Virus record (IMG/VR): IMGVR_UViG_3300048599_000737
Coordinates: 11,870 to 75,869 of that record
Source: a virus
Lineage: Duplodnaviria > Caudoviricetes
Reading direction: 5' to 3' (one strand)
DNA length: 64,000 nucleotides
In this document: one piece after another, positions 18,620 to 27,748 of the stretch
Numbering within the stretch: position 1 is the stretch's first letter
Layout of the letters: each line of letters starts with the position of its first letter
Notes under the pieces: generated by a model
Seen by the model: only the letters and a program-made list of their open reading frames with translations
Databases searched by the model: none
Told to the model about the DNA's origin: nothing
Position numbers and translations under genes: made by a program

Positions 18620-19605
18620 GCGCCGCCGTCCATTCCCCGGACCTCATTCATTGGCAAAGCAAGACCAAGAACGGTGGCCGGACCACTATCATCCCCTCCG
18701 CCGCCGCAGCCATCGCCATGGGTAGGGGCTATGTTCAAACCGTTCTGGACAACCTCCAGCGGATCAAGGACGCAGGTTGGGAGAAGGTCCAGTTGGAACT
18801 GACCTATCGGCACAGTGGAAAGGTCAGAAAGAAAACCCTGTCGGTGTCGGCATATGAATGCCGGGAGAAAGGTGCCATTGACAAATACAGCGAAGCCGCT
18901 AGCGAGATTACCGTAGGCGACCCCGCTATCAAGCACAGCATCAGCGAGCTGGCCGCCAAGCTCATGCAAATGGCCCTGGACCTGAATCCCTCCATCAAAT
19001 CGAGCTACTGCGGCTTCGAGCGCTGGGAGGATGGCGACGAGGTTCTGATGGACCTGCTGCGCGAGGGGGATGATCGTCCGTTCCTGCGGCGCAAGCTGGG
19101 CCAGACTGAGCCGCGTTCCGGCAAAGGCGACGGGGCTTATCGCATCATCCTCAACACGGATGTGGCCTGGTGGGGAACTCCCACCATGAACGCCTCGGTC
19201 ATGGGCGCGTTGGTGCTGGTCCTCCAGCAGTATTCCCCGGTGGAGATCTGGATTCAACAGGGCTGGCTGGGCGACAACCCGGACGACGGGGTGAGCCTGT
19301 TCAAGCTGGACTTCAACGGGAACTTCGACCCCACACAACTGGCGTTCTGGTGCGGCTCCAAGCTCAAGGACGTCCCCTTTAGCCAGTTCGTAAACCGGAG
19401 CATCGGCCGGGAATGCTCAAAAACCTCCATCCATCCCGAACTGCCCTGCGACCTGTATCTGCGCGGCGACTGGATGACCTTGCACGGAATCGACAGCAAA
19501 AGCTTCCCGCTCCTTCCACCCGCAGAACAGTTGAAACTGGCCACCCAATGGATTGCGGACACCTGCGCCAACGTCCTCTATGGCGAGGAAGCGGAGACGG
19601 CCTAA
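18616..19605 (+). CDS. CobT-like / degenerate vWA partner of the AAA+ ATPase
   Basis: GTGA overlap with the ATPase; RIILNTDVAWW...ALVLVLQQYSPVEIW resembles a vWA beta-alpha-beta start. Assignment relies largely on adjacency. Confidence 0.55.
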   Translation: MSAAVHSPDLIHWQSKTKNGGRTTIIPSAAAAIAMGRGYVQTVLDNLQRIKDAGWEKVQLELTYRHSGKVRKKTLSVSAYECREKGAIDKYSEAASEITVGDPAIKHSISELAAKLMQMALDLNPSIKSSYCGFERWEDGDEVLMDLLREGDDRPFLRRKLGQTEPRSGKGDGAYRIILNTDVAWWGTPTMNASVMGALVLVLQQYSPVEIWIQQGWLGDNPDDGVSLFKLDFNGNFDPTQLAFWCGSKLKDVPFSQFVNRSIGRECSKTSIHPELPCDLYLRGDWMTLHGIDSKSFPLLPPAEQLKLATQWIADTCANVLYGEEAETA

Positions 19606-19785
19606 CCTTTGGGCGGCAGTGGCACAATAGAAGGCATGACGCACGCCTGTTTACAGGCCCGCACGGCGCCGTTACTACACAGCCGCCCCTCTATCCATTC
19701 AGGTCATCGCCTGCCGGTGGCCTGACTGGAGCGCATCCAACCCGATGCGCCATCACAACAACAACAAAACATCACTCACATATCT

Positions 19786-20052
19786 ATGCCAAAACGCATG
19801 CACAACCTTAACCTCAACCTCTCTCCCGACCTGGAAGCCCAACTGCAATGGGAGGGCAACGAAATCCTGGAACAGGATGAAGAGTTCTGCTCCAGTTACC
19901 GGTCCATCCGGGACCGCTTCACCAGTGGCACCGTCCCTAAACACACGTTCGAGTCCGTGGTTCGCTGGCTGGTGAGCAACTGTTTTCGCCGCGCCAACAT
20001 TCCGCTGGGGCTGGCCCGCTCCTATCAAGCGCTCGTAACCCTGGGAGTCTGA
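19786..20052 (+). CDS. hypothetical phage protein
   Basis: 88-aa ORF after an A/C-rich leader; tight operon. Confidence 0.6.
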   Translation: MPKRMHNLNLNLSPDLEAQLQWEGNEILEQDEEFCSSYRSIRDRFTSGTVPKHTFESVVRWLVSNCFRRANIPLGLARSYQALVTLGV

Positions 20053-20053
20053 C

Positions 20054-20278
20054 ATGAGAAAACGAGCCAAGATCTTGCGTTACTGGGCTAACCCCGGCGG
20101 CGATGTCGGGCTGAGAAACGGAAGTTTCGTCCGGGAAATCCTCTGGGAAGACGGTGAAAAGACGTTGAGCCAGTTCATGAACGGCGACTACATGGGAACC
20201 ATTTCCAAAGTGCCCGCTGGCTTCACCGAAGTCAGCATCCAACACGCCACCGACCTAATTCCAAACTGCTGCAAATGA
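20054..20278 (+). CDS. hypothetical phage protein
   Basis: 74 aa; 1-nt gap upstream and ATGA overlap downstream. Confidence 0.6.
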   Translation: MRKRAKILRYWANPGGDVGLRNGSFVREILWEDGEKTLSQFMNGDYMGTISKVPAGFTEVSIQHATDLIPNCCK

Positions 20279-20565
20279 ATCCCGCAATGAAACACAAATC
20301 CCAACTCCCGCCCGACCCCGATAGATTGAATCAGGCGCGTGCCCGCTGGGCCGCCGAACCCATCACCAAGGCCCGCCTTGGAGCCGAACCAGACTCCATC
20401 GAAGCGGTGGGCGGGCTGCTCGCCAATATCGCTCACTGGTGCGACCGCAACGGCGTGAACATGCAAGCCGCCATCCAGCGCGCCGGACTCCACTACCAAT
20501 GCGAAACCAGCCATCGCGGCAAACAGCTCACCTTCAACGAAGAACCCTCATGCGAACCATCCTAA
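20275..20565 (+). CDS. hypothetical mobile-element protein
   Basis: LPPDPD..N..RA.WA...LLANIAHWCDRN...HYQCET pattern; coupled to neighbours. Confidence 0.65.
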   Translation: MNPAMKHKSQLPPDPDRLNQARARWAAEPITKARLGAEPDSIEAVGGLLANIAHWCDRNGVNMQAAIQRAGLHYQCETSHRGKQLTFNEEPSCEPS

Positions 20566-21071
20566 TCGACCCTCTCGCCCGCACCATTCAAAACCTCACC
20601 CTGCCCGACGCCCATACGTTGGACGACCTGTACACCGCCCTCGGCTGCAACAGTGTGGACTGCATCCATCTGGACCCGGAGGTTGACCTCTGGATGGATG
20701 ACGAGGGGCTCATGGTCCTGCCAACCGGCCCGGACGGTAATGTCACCCAAGGCTTCTTTGTCCTGCATGACCGCACCGGACGCCCCCACAACCTGGTCGC
20801 TGGCAAAGCGTTGCTCACCGGTTCTTGTAACCAGGAGACCGTCGGGCTGCCGACCTGGCTCACGCCCGATCAAATCGAGCACATCATCAAATGGGTGCCA
20901 GACGACCGACGCAATGAGGCCGCCCGGATTGCCGGAGCCATCGTCGGACAGAATACCGTGATCCGTGACCAGGCCGATCTGGACAAAATCCGAATCCATT
21001 ACGCAGTGCTGATGCGCTCAGCCTTGGCGCTAACAACGCCTTCTTCCACGCCAAAACCCTCAAACACCTAA
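20550..21071 (+). CDS. DUF3846-like protein
   Basis: MRTILIDP...LDDLYTALGC..VD....VDLWMDDEGL...LVAGKALLTG; start taken at ATG 20550. Confidence 0.7.
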   Translation: MRTILIDPLARTIQNLTLPDAHTLDDLYTALGCNSVDCIHLDPEVDLWMDDEGLMVLPTGPDGNVTQGFFVLHDRTGRPHNLVAGKALLTGSCNQETVGLPTWLTPDQIEHIIKWVPDDRRNEAARIAGAIVGQNTVIRDQADLDKIRIHYAVLMRSALALTTPSSTPKPSNT

Positions 21072-21087
21072 ACCAATACCGCAATAA

Positions 21088-21109
21088 GTAACCCTCTATA
21101 CGGGGTTTC
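21088..21109. promoter_or_regulatory. 22-bp palindromic motif, copy 3
   Basis: GTAACCCT-CTATAC-GGGGTTTC, 13 nt before ATG 21123. Confidence 0.65.
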
Positions 21110-21122
21110 TTTTATTATCCCT

Positions 21123-21782
21123 ATGATCGCACAGTCCCAAATCCCGCCCCAGCCGCCCAACCTGCCCCAGTACATCGGCAAGACTGCGGCCATTGCCGCC
21201 ACGCTCTGGCGACAGATCCCCAAGCTCCAAACCGCCACCGACCCGTGTGAACGACGCTATCTCTTCACCGGCCCGCCTGGCCTGGGCAAGACGGATCTGG
21301 CCGAACACCTGGCGGCAGCGCTGGCCGGAGACACCTACGAACGGGTCCACGCCGGGATGGCTCTCAACGTTGAATCCCTCAACGGCCAGTCCTGCACCGT
21401 GGACGTGGTCCGGCGCTGGCAGGACGCCGGGCACTACCGCCCCATGTTCGGCGCCTGCCGGGTCATTCTGGTGGATGAGGTTGACGCCCTCAGCAGCGCC
21501 GCGCTCAACGAAAGCCGCACCTACCTGGACCGGATGCCTCTGGGCACCGTGTTCCTGGCGACCACCAACAAACCGGTCAATCAGTTGCAGGAGCAACTCC
21601 AGAGCCGGTTTAAGGTGTGTTACTTCGAGACGCCCAAACCCGCCGAACTCCAGGCTTGGCTCACCAGCACTTATCAACTGCCCACCGACTTCGCCGCCAC
21701 CGTGGTCCAGGGTGCCAAGGGCAACGTGCGCGCCGCCAAGCTCGACGCCTTGGCTTGGAGGGAGGCCAACGCATGCCACTAA
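21123..21782 (+). CDS. clamp-loader/RarA-like AAA+ ATPase
   Basis: Walker A FTGPPGLGKT, Walker B VILVDEVD, FLATTN...LQSRF. Confidence 0.8.
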   Translation: MIAQSQIPPQPPNLPQYIGKTAAIAATLWRQIPKLQTATDPCERRYLFTGPPGLGKTDLAEHLAAALAGDTYERVHAGMALNVESLNGQSCTVDVVRRWQDAGHYRPMFGACRVILVDEVDALSSAALNESRTYLDRMPLGTVFLATTNKPVNQLQEQLQSRFKVCYFETPKPAELQAWLTSTYQLPTDFAATVVQGAKGNVRAAKLDALAWREANACH

Positions 21783-22018
21783 CCGAAGACATCTGCGTCG
21801 TCGAGCAAGCCCGCGACGCCATGGCAACCATGGCCGTTGACCTCAAGAAGGCCAAACGGACCATCGACAAGCTCCTGACAGCAGCTCCAGCCGGATCGGA
21901 GGTTTTTAAATGCCTGACCCGGCTGTCTGACTACATCACGTATGCCACTGGCAGCGCCCAATACGCCGAGTGGCACCTGACCAACCACGGCTGGGGCGAG
22001 AATCAGGAGGAAACATGA
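21773..22018 (+). CDS. hypothetical phage protein
   Basis: ATG 21773 preceded by GGAGG; overlaps both neighbours. Confidence 0.55.
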   Translation: MPLTEDICVVEQARDAMATMAVDLKKAKRTIDKLLTAAPAGSEVFKCLTRLSDYITYATGSAQYAEWHLTNHGWGENQEET

Positions 22019-22305
22019 GCCGAAACGATTCCCTATCAGAGGCCGACAAGGCTGAGATTGCCACGTTCATCGACACCGGCAAAACCATCCTCCATCAGGG
22101 TCGGACCTTTCACATCCTCAACCCGCCGCCCGACGAGCACCGCGCCGAGTCGCCTTGGATTCTACGGAGCCAGAGCGGCGGCTACTACGCCCTGCTCCGC
22201 AACCTCCAACGTCCCGAACTCCTGTTTGGAGTCGCCCTCTATCAAACCCCATCCCTGCCCGGCTGGTTCACCGACAAGAGCGGCGAACTGCTCAGCCTGG
22301 GCTGA
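22015..22305 (+). CDS. hypothetical phage protein
   Basis: ATG 22015 preceded by AGGAGG; ATGA overlap. Confidence 0.6.
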   Translation: MSRNDSLSEADKAEIATFIDTGKTILHQGRTFHILNPPPDEHRAESPWILRSQSGGYYALLRNLQRPELLFGVALYQTPSLPGWFTDKSGELLSLG

Positions 22306-22309
22306 CCTC

Positions 22310-22468
22310 ATGAAAAGCACACAGCAAATCGAAGTCAACTGGGGCGAACCCGAAGCCTTCGCCCTGATCATTCAACAAACCACCGACGGCGAGCGCGAGG
22401 CCAAAGAGAAGGCCCGCGCAGCCAAAGACAGACAGGAATCCGAAAACCGGCAGGAACCATTGATATAA
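22310..22468 (+). CDS. small hypothetical protein (52 aa)
   Basis: Fills the gap in the operon: MKSTQQIEVNWGE... Confidence 0.45.
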   Translation: MKSTQQIEVNWGEPEAFALIIQQTTDGEREAKEKARAAKDRQESENRQEPLI

Positions 22469-22473
22469 ACCCC

Positions 22474-22974
22474 ATGCAAATTCCACTCAGTAATTCATTC
22501 CAAACCGCCACGGTTGACCCGGGCGACGCCAATCTCATCCTGTATCGCTGGAGCCTCGTCACCCGCCGGCAGAAACAATACGCCTGCGCCCGGGTCAATG
22601 GTCGCCGGGTTTACATGCACCGGCTCATTATGGGCAACCCCGCCGCCAAGGTCGTGGATCATGAGGACGGCAACGGGCTTAACAACACCCGCCGCAATCT
22701 CCGTGTCTGCACTCGTTCCCAGAACATGGGCAACTGCAAACCCCATGCCGACCGCAAGGGCCTCTATAAAGGGGTTTGCTTCGAGAAAGCCAGCGGCCGG
22801 TTCGTCGCCCAAATCTGTCTCCGTGGCAAGCGCATCAAGATTGGCCGGTTCAAGTCCGCCGCAGATGCCGCCCTGGCTTACGACCATCGGGCGGCCGAGG
22901 CGTTCGGAACCTTCGCCAAATTGAACTTCGCCAACAGCCCGCTCCCCTATGCTGCCACCACGAATCCACGTTGA
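22474..22974 (+). CDS. HNH endonuclease with AP2 domain (homing endonuclease-like)
   Basis: YMHRLIM...VVDHEDGNGLNNTRRNLR (HNH) followed by YKGVCF...FVAQI...IGRFKSAADAALAYD (AP2). Confidence 0.92.
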   Translation: MQIPLSNSFQTATVDPGDANLILYRWSLVTRRQKQYACARVNGRRVYMHRLIMGNPAAKVVDHEDGNGLNNTRRNLRVCTRSQNMGNCKPHADRKGLYKGVCFEKASGRFVAQICLRGKRIKIGRFKSAADAALAYDHRAAEAFGTFAKLNFANSPLPYAATTNPR

Positions 22975-23557
22975 AGCCGCCCGCCTGAATTGCGTGATGT
23001 GGGATTCCCAAGCGGGCGACATCTATCAGTCCATGCAGACCATCATCCCGCCCAGCCGCGTGGTTAAGGTGTTCCTGCACGAGGGCAAGCTCTGGACCAG
23101 CACCGGGTGCTGCCTTAGCTTCTACCAGGCCGAGTCCTTCTGTTATCCGCTCATACCCAGCCTCGAATATTCCGGACCGGAACAGGTAAAGCAGAGTCAT
23201 GAGGGGGAGGAGGTCCGTCACAACAGCTCAAAGTTCCGGCTTGGGCCGTGCCATTGGTTCACCGCCAAAGACCGGCCCGTCGAGGAGTGGCGCCGCAGAC
23301 TCAAGCGCCTGTATGCCAATGGCGGCATGTTCACCGCGGGCAAAACCTACCATGAAGTTTTGCTGCACGACCAAACCAAGAGCAAATGGAACCCGGAAAC
23401 GTTAAGCTGGGTTCCCTGCTCCACCGTCGTCCCCAACTGCTTTGAAGCCATCCGGCTGGAACTGGCCGGGCCGGACTTCGATAAATGGAAACCGGCCACC
23501 TCCCCCAGCCCCGCACAAAACAACCTATTCGCCCCCCAACTCACCTTGGCCTTATGA
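22949..23557 (+). CDS. hypothetical protein
   Basis: 202-aa ORF; its stop overlaps the helicase ATG (ATGA). Confidence 0.6.
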   Translation: MLPPRIHVEAARLNCVMWDSQAGDIYQSMQTIIPPSRVVKVFLHEGKLWTSTGCCLSFYQAESFCYPLIPSLEYSGPEQVKQSHEGEEVRHNSSKFRLGPCHWFTAKDRPVEEWRRRLKRLYANGGMFTAGKTYHEVLLHDQTKSKWNPETLSWVPCSTVVPNCFEAIRLELAGPDFDKWKPATSPSPAQNNLFAPQLTLAL

Positions 23558-26500
23558 CTGCAACTCTCACCGAATCACGCTCCGGCCAATCCCTGGAAAA
23601 CCTCCAGGAGATTCTCGATGCCGGACAGCAAGGCGATACCAGCCTCGAACAGTATCTGACAGCACCAGGTCTTGCCGCTGAACTGGCCAGCTACCTGCCC
23701 AGCCGCAATCCTGCCAGCGTCTTTGACCCGCAGGCAGGCGATGGCGCCCTGCTCAACTGTATCCACGGCTGGCCCAGCCGCTTTGGCATCGAGCTGGACC
23801 ACACCAAGAGCCCCGGCGCCGTCAACCTCATCACCGCCAACTGCATGAAGGTCTTCGAGGCGGTCGAGGAACTGATGCCTGAGCTGCGGTTTGTCATGGC
23901 CAACGCCAACCCGCCCTTTGGCAAAAAGTGGAAGACTAAAACCGGGGCCTTCATCGACTCCACCCTGGCCACCTGGCAGTTCGTCACCCGCCACGCCAAC
24001 TGCGGCTTCTTCATCGGCAACGCCAACACGGTTGAAAAGCTGTGCCGGCCCGACGCCAGTATAGACATCATCCGGCAGGAGCGCCGGCCCGCCAGCAAAT
24101 ACTGGAAGGGATTGCGCTCCAGCCTGGAAATCGGAATCGTCTGCTGGAAACGCAAGGACTTCGCCAGCGCCAAATGCACCTATCCCCAGGAGATTGGTCT
24201 GTTCTGGAACCAGCTCCGGGCCATCTTCGAGGAAGAGAAACTGTCGCGCCCGCCGTTCAACATCTACCTCACCCGCCAGGGCTTTCTCAAAACCTATCTC
24301 TCGCAGCGCAACACCTTCAAGCTCAAGCTCAAACCTGAGCAAATCAAGCGGCTCCACAGCCTCAATGATGTGCATCCGCTCACGCTAACCACGGAGAAGG
24401 AAACGCGAGTGCTTCTGCGCAATCTGGTGGACTGCGGGCTCTACACGCTCCAACCGGAAGCGCGGCAGGCCATTGAGAGCGCGCTGGCGGAGGTCAACGC
24501 CATCGCCTGTCCGATTATGAACATCTCCGAGTTCGAGCACGTGGCCTATACCGAGGAGGAGGACAGCCTGATGTGCCACGCCAGTATCGACGAGGAAATC
24601 AACGGACAACCCGTGGCATTGACTGCGGGCAAGTCCTACCCGTTGCGCACTGGCACCTACAAGTTCACCCAGGCATACAGACGCAACAAAGTCCACTACA
24701 ACGAAGAGCACAAGGAAACTTACACCCAGTCCCACCAATGCGTCCTCTCCGGCAGCGACCGCTACATTGAAATCAAAGATGACTGCGGCCGCGTGTTACG
24801 GTTCATGGACCGACCGCGCAAGGAGAACCCAGGCGAACTGCCCGAATCCACCCTCTGGCATTACTTCGACAAGCCTGCGGTTCAAACCGTGGCTGAGGTT
24901 TGCCGTGAACAGGTCGCTGCCAACCTTGCGGTCTTGAAGGCGTGCGAAATGCTGGCGGGCTACGCCTACTACCCGGGCCAGATCAATTACCTGGCTCGCG
25001 TGGCCGCCAAGGACTGCGCGTTGATTGCGGCGGCGGTAGGCACGGGAAAGTCGCTGTTCGCCATCTCCATGCTGGCAATGAAATCCCCCAACCGCGCCGT
25101 CATCATCGCTCCCCAAGGCACCATGCGGGCCAGCGCCATCGAGGAGGATGACGACGAGGAAGACGTGTCAGCCTCCATGTCCGCCTCTCAATGGATCAAG
25201 GAGCTGAACAAGTTCGCCCCCTACCTGCAAGTTTGGGAACTGTTCAGCTACGAGGATTACCTCCGCATCCTGTCCCTGAACAACGGCAAGCTGCCCTTTG
25301 GCGTCTATGTCACCTATTACGAAGCGTTCTTCTCCAACGGAGCCATGGAGAAAGCCCCAGCCACCTGGGACGATGACAAGCTCAACGCCTGGGCGACCGC
25401 CAACGGGTTTGCGCCACTGCCCGAACACAACGACGCCGGCAGCCGCGACAAGCATCACTGGTGCGACTCGGTGGGCCATGAGGTTGAAGGTGTGCGCTGC
25501 ATCATCCAGCCCTGCCTGTCCACTCTCATTGGCAATCAGTTCGACTGCGTGCTCATCGATGAGGCTCATAAATGCAAAGGGCTCTCCGCCAACCTCACCC
25601 AGATGCTCATCCGGCTCCAGCCCCGCTATCGCTACGCCATGACTGCCACTCCCGTGTCCAATATCGTCAGCGACCTCTTTCCCCTTCTGGGCTGGCTGGC
25701 CGTACCCGAATGGTACAAAGGCAATCGACGCAACGCCGCTTGGCCCTACGCCCGTCAGGATCTGGGCCGGTTCAACTCCACGTTCCTCACCCAGGAACGC
25801 GATCTGACCCAGGAGGACCACAACCGCCAGAAAGACCCCAAGTGGCGCGGCAGGTGCATCAAGGAGTCTCCCATCATCTCCTCTCCCGCCCGACTGCTCA
25901 AGCTGCTCAAGCCCAACATGGCCTTTATCGACAAGCCCGAGTGCCGGGCCGAATACATTCCTCCCAAGATTATCGATGTCCGTGTCCCTATGGGCAAGGA
26001 ACAGGCCAGGCTCTACGGCCATTTCACCAACCGGGCCAACATCACCGCCAAAAGCGCCTACATCCGCGCCGGCAAGCAAACCACCTACCTGCGCAACATT
26101 TGCGCCGACCCGGCGGGATTTAGCTACGGCGGCCCCAAGGTGCTCAGCAATATGAATCCCAAGGTCATCGCCATCCTGGAGTTGACCCGGGACATCCTGG
26201 GACGCGGGGAGCAGGTCGTCATTATCAACTCCCGCGTGGGTATCACCTCCACGCTGGCCACCAAGCTCACCGAGGCGGGCATCCCCATCGCCAGAATTGA
26301 CTCCACCACCCAAGCCGAACAGCACGCCTATCAGGCCAACCTGTTCAAGGCCGGTAAAGCCCGGGTGTGCTTCATGGGCATCAAAAGCGCCGCCGCCTAC
26401 AGCTTTGACGCCTGTGAGAATCTGATTATCGGCTCGCTCGAATACTCCTTTGGCACCTTTGCCCAAGCCTGCGGACGCATTGACCGGGTTGTTAACCAGG

Positions 26501-26796
26501 TGGTGAAGCACATCTACGTCATTCTCCACAAGAACAGCATCGAGGAGATCATGTTCGACGTCTGCGCCTTGAAGGGGGACGCCTCCGCCCTGTGCCTGCG
26601 CGGCAAGCGCATCCCCCGGGAGTTTAAGCCGGTCGATAGCGGGGAGATTCTGGCCCAGGCGCTGGACCGCTTCGACCTCTCCGGGGCCAAACCCGAATCC
26701 GAGTGTGAGCGGGAATGGCCCAGGCTCCGGACCGCCCTCAGTCAGGCGATGAAACAGGTCTCAACAGCAACGCCCCGTTTCCAGCCAACAGTTTGA
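23554..26796 (+). CDS. DNA amino-methyltransferase-like + SNF2 helicase fusion (DarB-like architecture)
   Basis: MTase motifs FDPQAGDG and NPPF; helicase motifs AVGTGKS, LIDEAHK, MTATP, QACGRIDR. Confidence 0.85.
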   Translation: MTATLTESRSGQSLENLQEILDAGQQGDTSLEQYLTAPGLAAELASYLPSRNPASVFDPQAGDGALLNCIHGWPSRFGIELDHTKSPGAVNLITANCMKVFEAVEELMPELRFVMANANPPFGKKWKTKTGAFIDSTLATWQFVTRHANCGFFIGNANTVEKLCRPDASIDIIRQERRPASKYWKGLRSSLEIGIVCWKRKDFASAKCTYPQEIGLFWNQLRAIFEEEKLSRPPFNIYLTRQGFLKTYLSQRNTFKLKLKPEQIKRLHSLNDVHPLTLTTEKETRVLLRNLVDCGLYTLQPEARQAIESALAEVNAIACPIMNISEFEHVAYTEEEDSLMCHASIDEEINGQPVALTAGKSYPLRTGTYKFTQAYRRNKVHYNEEHKETYTQSHQCVLSGSDRYIEIKDDCGRVLRFMDRPRKENPGELPESTLWHYFDKPAVQTVAEVCREQVAANLAVLKACEMLAGYAYYPGQINYLARVAAKDCALIAAAVGTGKSLFAISMLAMKSPNRAVIIAPQGTMRASAIEEDDDEEDVSASMSASQWIKELNKFAPYLQVWELFSYEDYLRILSLNNGKLPFGVYVTYYEAFFSNGAMEKAPATWDDDKLNAWATANGFAPLPEHNDAGSRDKHHWCDSVGHEVEGVRCIIQPCLSTLIGNQFDCVLIDEAHKCKGLSANLTQMLIRLQPRYRYAMTATPVSNIVSDLFPLLGWLAVPEWYKGNRRNAAWPYARQDLGRFNSTFLTQERDLTQEDHNRQKDPKWRGRCIKESPIISSPARLLKLLKPNMAFIDKPECRAEYIPPKIIDVRVPMGKEQARLYGHFTNRANITAKSAYIRAGKQTTYLRNICADPAGFSYGGPKVLSNMNPKVIAILELTRDILGRGEQVVIINSRVGITSTLATKLTEAGIPIARIDSTTQAEQHAYQANLFKAGKARVCFMGIKSAAAYSFDACENLIIGSLEYSFGTFAQACGRIDRVVNQVVKHIYVILHKNSIEEIMFDVCALKGDASALCLRGKRIPREFKPVDSGEILAQALDRFDLSGAKPESECEREWPRLRTALSQAMKQVSTATPRFQPTV

Positions 26797-26814
26797 CATT
26801 GACCAAACTCCTAT

Positions 26815-26836
26815 GTTACCCTTCCCATGGTGTTCC
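26815..26836. promoter_or_regulatory. 22-bp palindromic motif, copy 4, overlapping a sigma70-like promoter
   Basis: GTTACCCT-TCCCAT-GGTGTTCC; TTGACA at 26793-26798, same spacing as copy 2. Confidence 0.6.
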
Positions 26837-26871
26837 CGTAAGCGCAACACGCCCTGGCGCACCACTACCGC

Positions 26872-27282
26872 ATGAGCAATTTTTACAGACTCTGTGACCG
26901 TTTTCCGCCTCCGCTGGTGCGCCTGCTCGCCAGAAAGGACGGCCGGGCCATGACTACCGCTCAGATTGCCCACGCCGCTTCCATGCCTCCAATGAGCGTC
27001 ATCACCCTATCCCAGACCCCCACCTGGCAACGCGTGGAACTCGAATCACTCAAGGGGTTTACCCGGGCCTGCGGGGTGGACTTTGACAATCCCACCAGCC
27101 TCAACCGGATAGAATGCTACCTCCGTAAAAACGACGGACACCCGTCCTTCAGGTATCTGACGCGCGACCCGCAATGGAAGTCCTACTACCTGCCGCTCAT
27201 CGTGAGCTGGCGCAAATCCCTGACCACCGTGCCCGAGGAACTCCCCGCGCCCATCAAACGCCTATTGGCCAATCTCAACTGA
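26872..27282 (+). CDS. hypothetical protein, possible HTH regulator
   Basis: MTTAQIAHAASMPPMSVITLSQ...LKGFTRACGV resembles an XRE-type HTH; weak. Confidence 0.55.
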   Translation: MSNFYRLCDRFPPPLVRLLARKDGRAMTTAQIAHAASMPPMSVITLSQTPTWQRVELESLKGFTRACGVDFDNPTSLNRIECYLRKNDGHPSFRYLTRDPQWKSYYLPLIVSWRKSLTTVPEELPAPIKRLLANLN

Positions 27283-27283
27283 C

Positions 27284-27745
27284 ATGAACCGCGCCAACTC
27301 AATGCCCAACTCTATGCTCCTGGAAATCCAGCAATGGATTACCGGGGACAGGTCTTGTCTGGCCCGGAAGGCTCGCCTGCTCGAACTTTGGAAGCAGAAG
27401 CGCCAGACCACGGAGACCTATCGCAAGGCGGAGCTAGACTCAACCCACTATGCGGAGCGGGAGATAAAGAAGCTCAGTCCGCGATTGAGCCACGACGAGC
27501 GCAAGCGGCGTCAGGTCGAAATCTTTAACCGGAGGGCCGTGGAGCACCGCAAACTCTTCTTGGCAATGCGCCACAGATTAAGGAAGCTCGACGCGATGGT
27601 TGAGGCGGCGGCGATAGCTCTGGGCAAACGCCAGGGCTTTCTGCGCTCCCATTACGGTGTTCGCTACACCCTGATAGCCCAGCGCGAGCGGAATCGAATT
27701 GCCCGCAGGAACGGCGTGCAGGCAGACACAGTAACTCAAGACTAA
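27284..27745 (+). CDS. hypothetical basic helical protein
   Basis: 153 aa, tightly packed between the HTH-like gene and the recombinase. Confidence 0.6.
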   Translation: MNRANSMPNSMLLEIQQWITGDRSCLARKARLLELWKQKRQTTETYRKAELDSTHYAEREIKKLSPRLSHDERKRRQVEIFNRRAVEHRKLFLAMRHRLRKLDAMVEAAAIALGKRQGFLRSHYGVRYTLIAQRERNRIARRNGVQADTVTQD

Positions 27746-27748
27746 AGC

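Noticed and set aside
25168-26529. 453-aa minus-strand ORF and similar long ORFs (e.g. 30959-32155, 51876-53270, 49766-50890, 53457-54431)
   Set aside because: Fully overlap well-supported genes on the opposite strand and have no coding signatures of their own.
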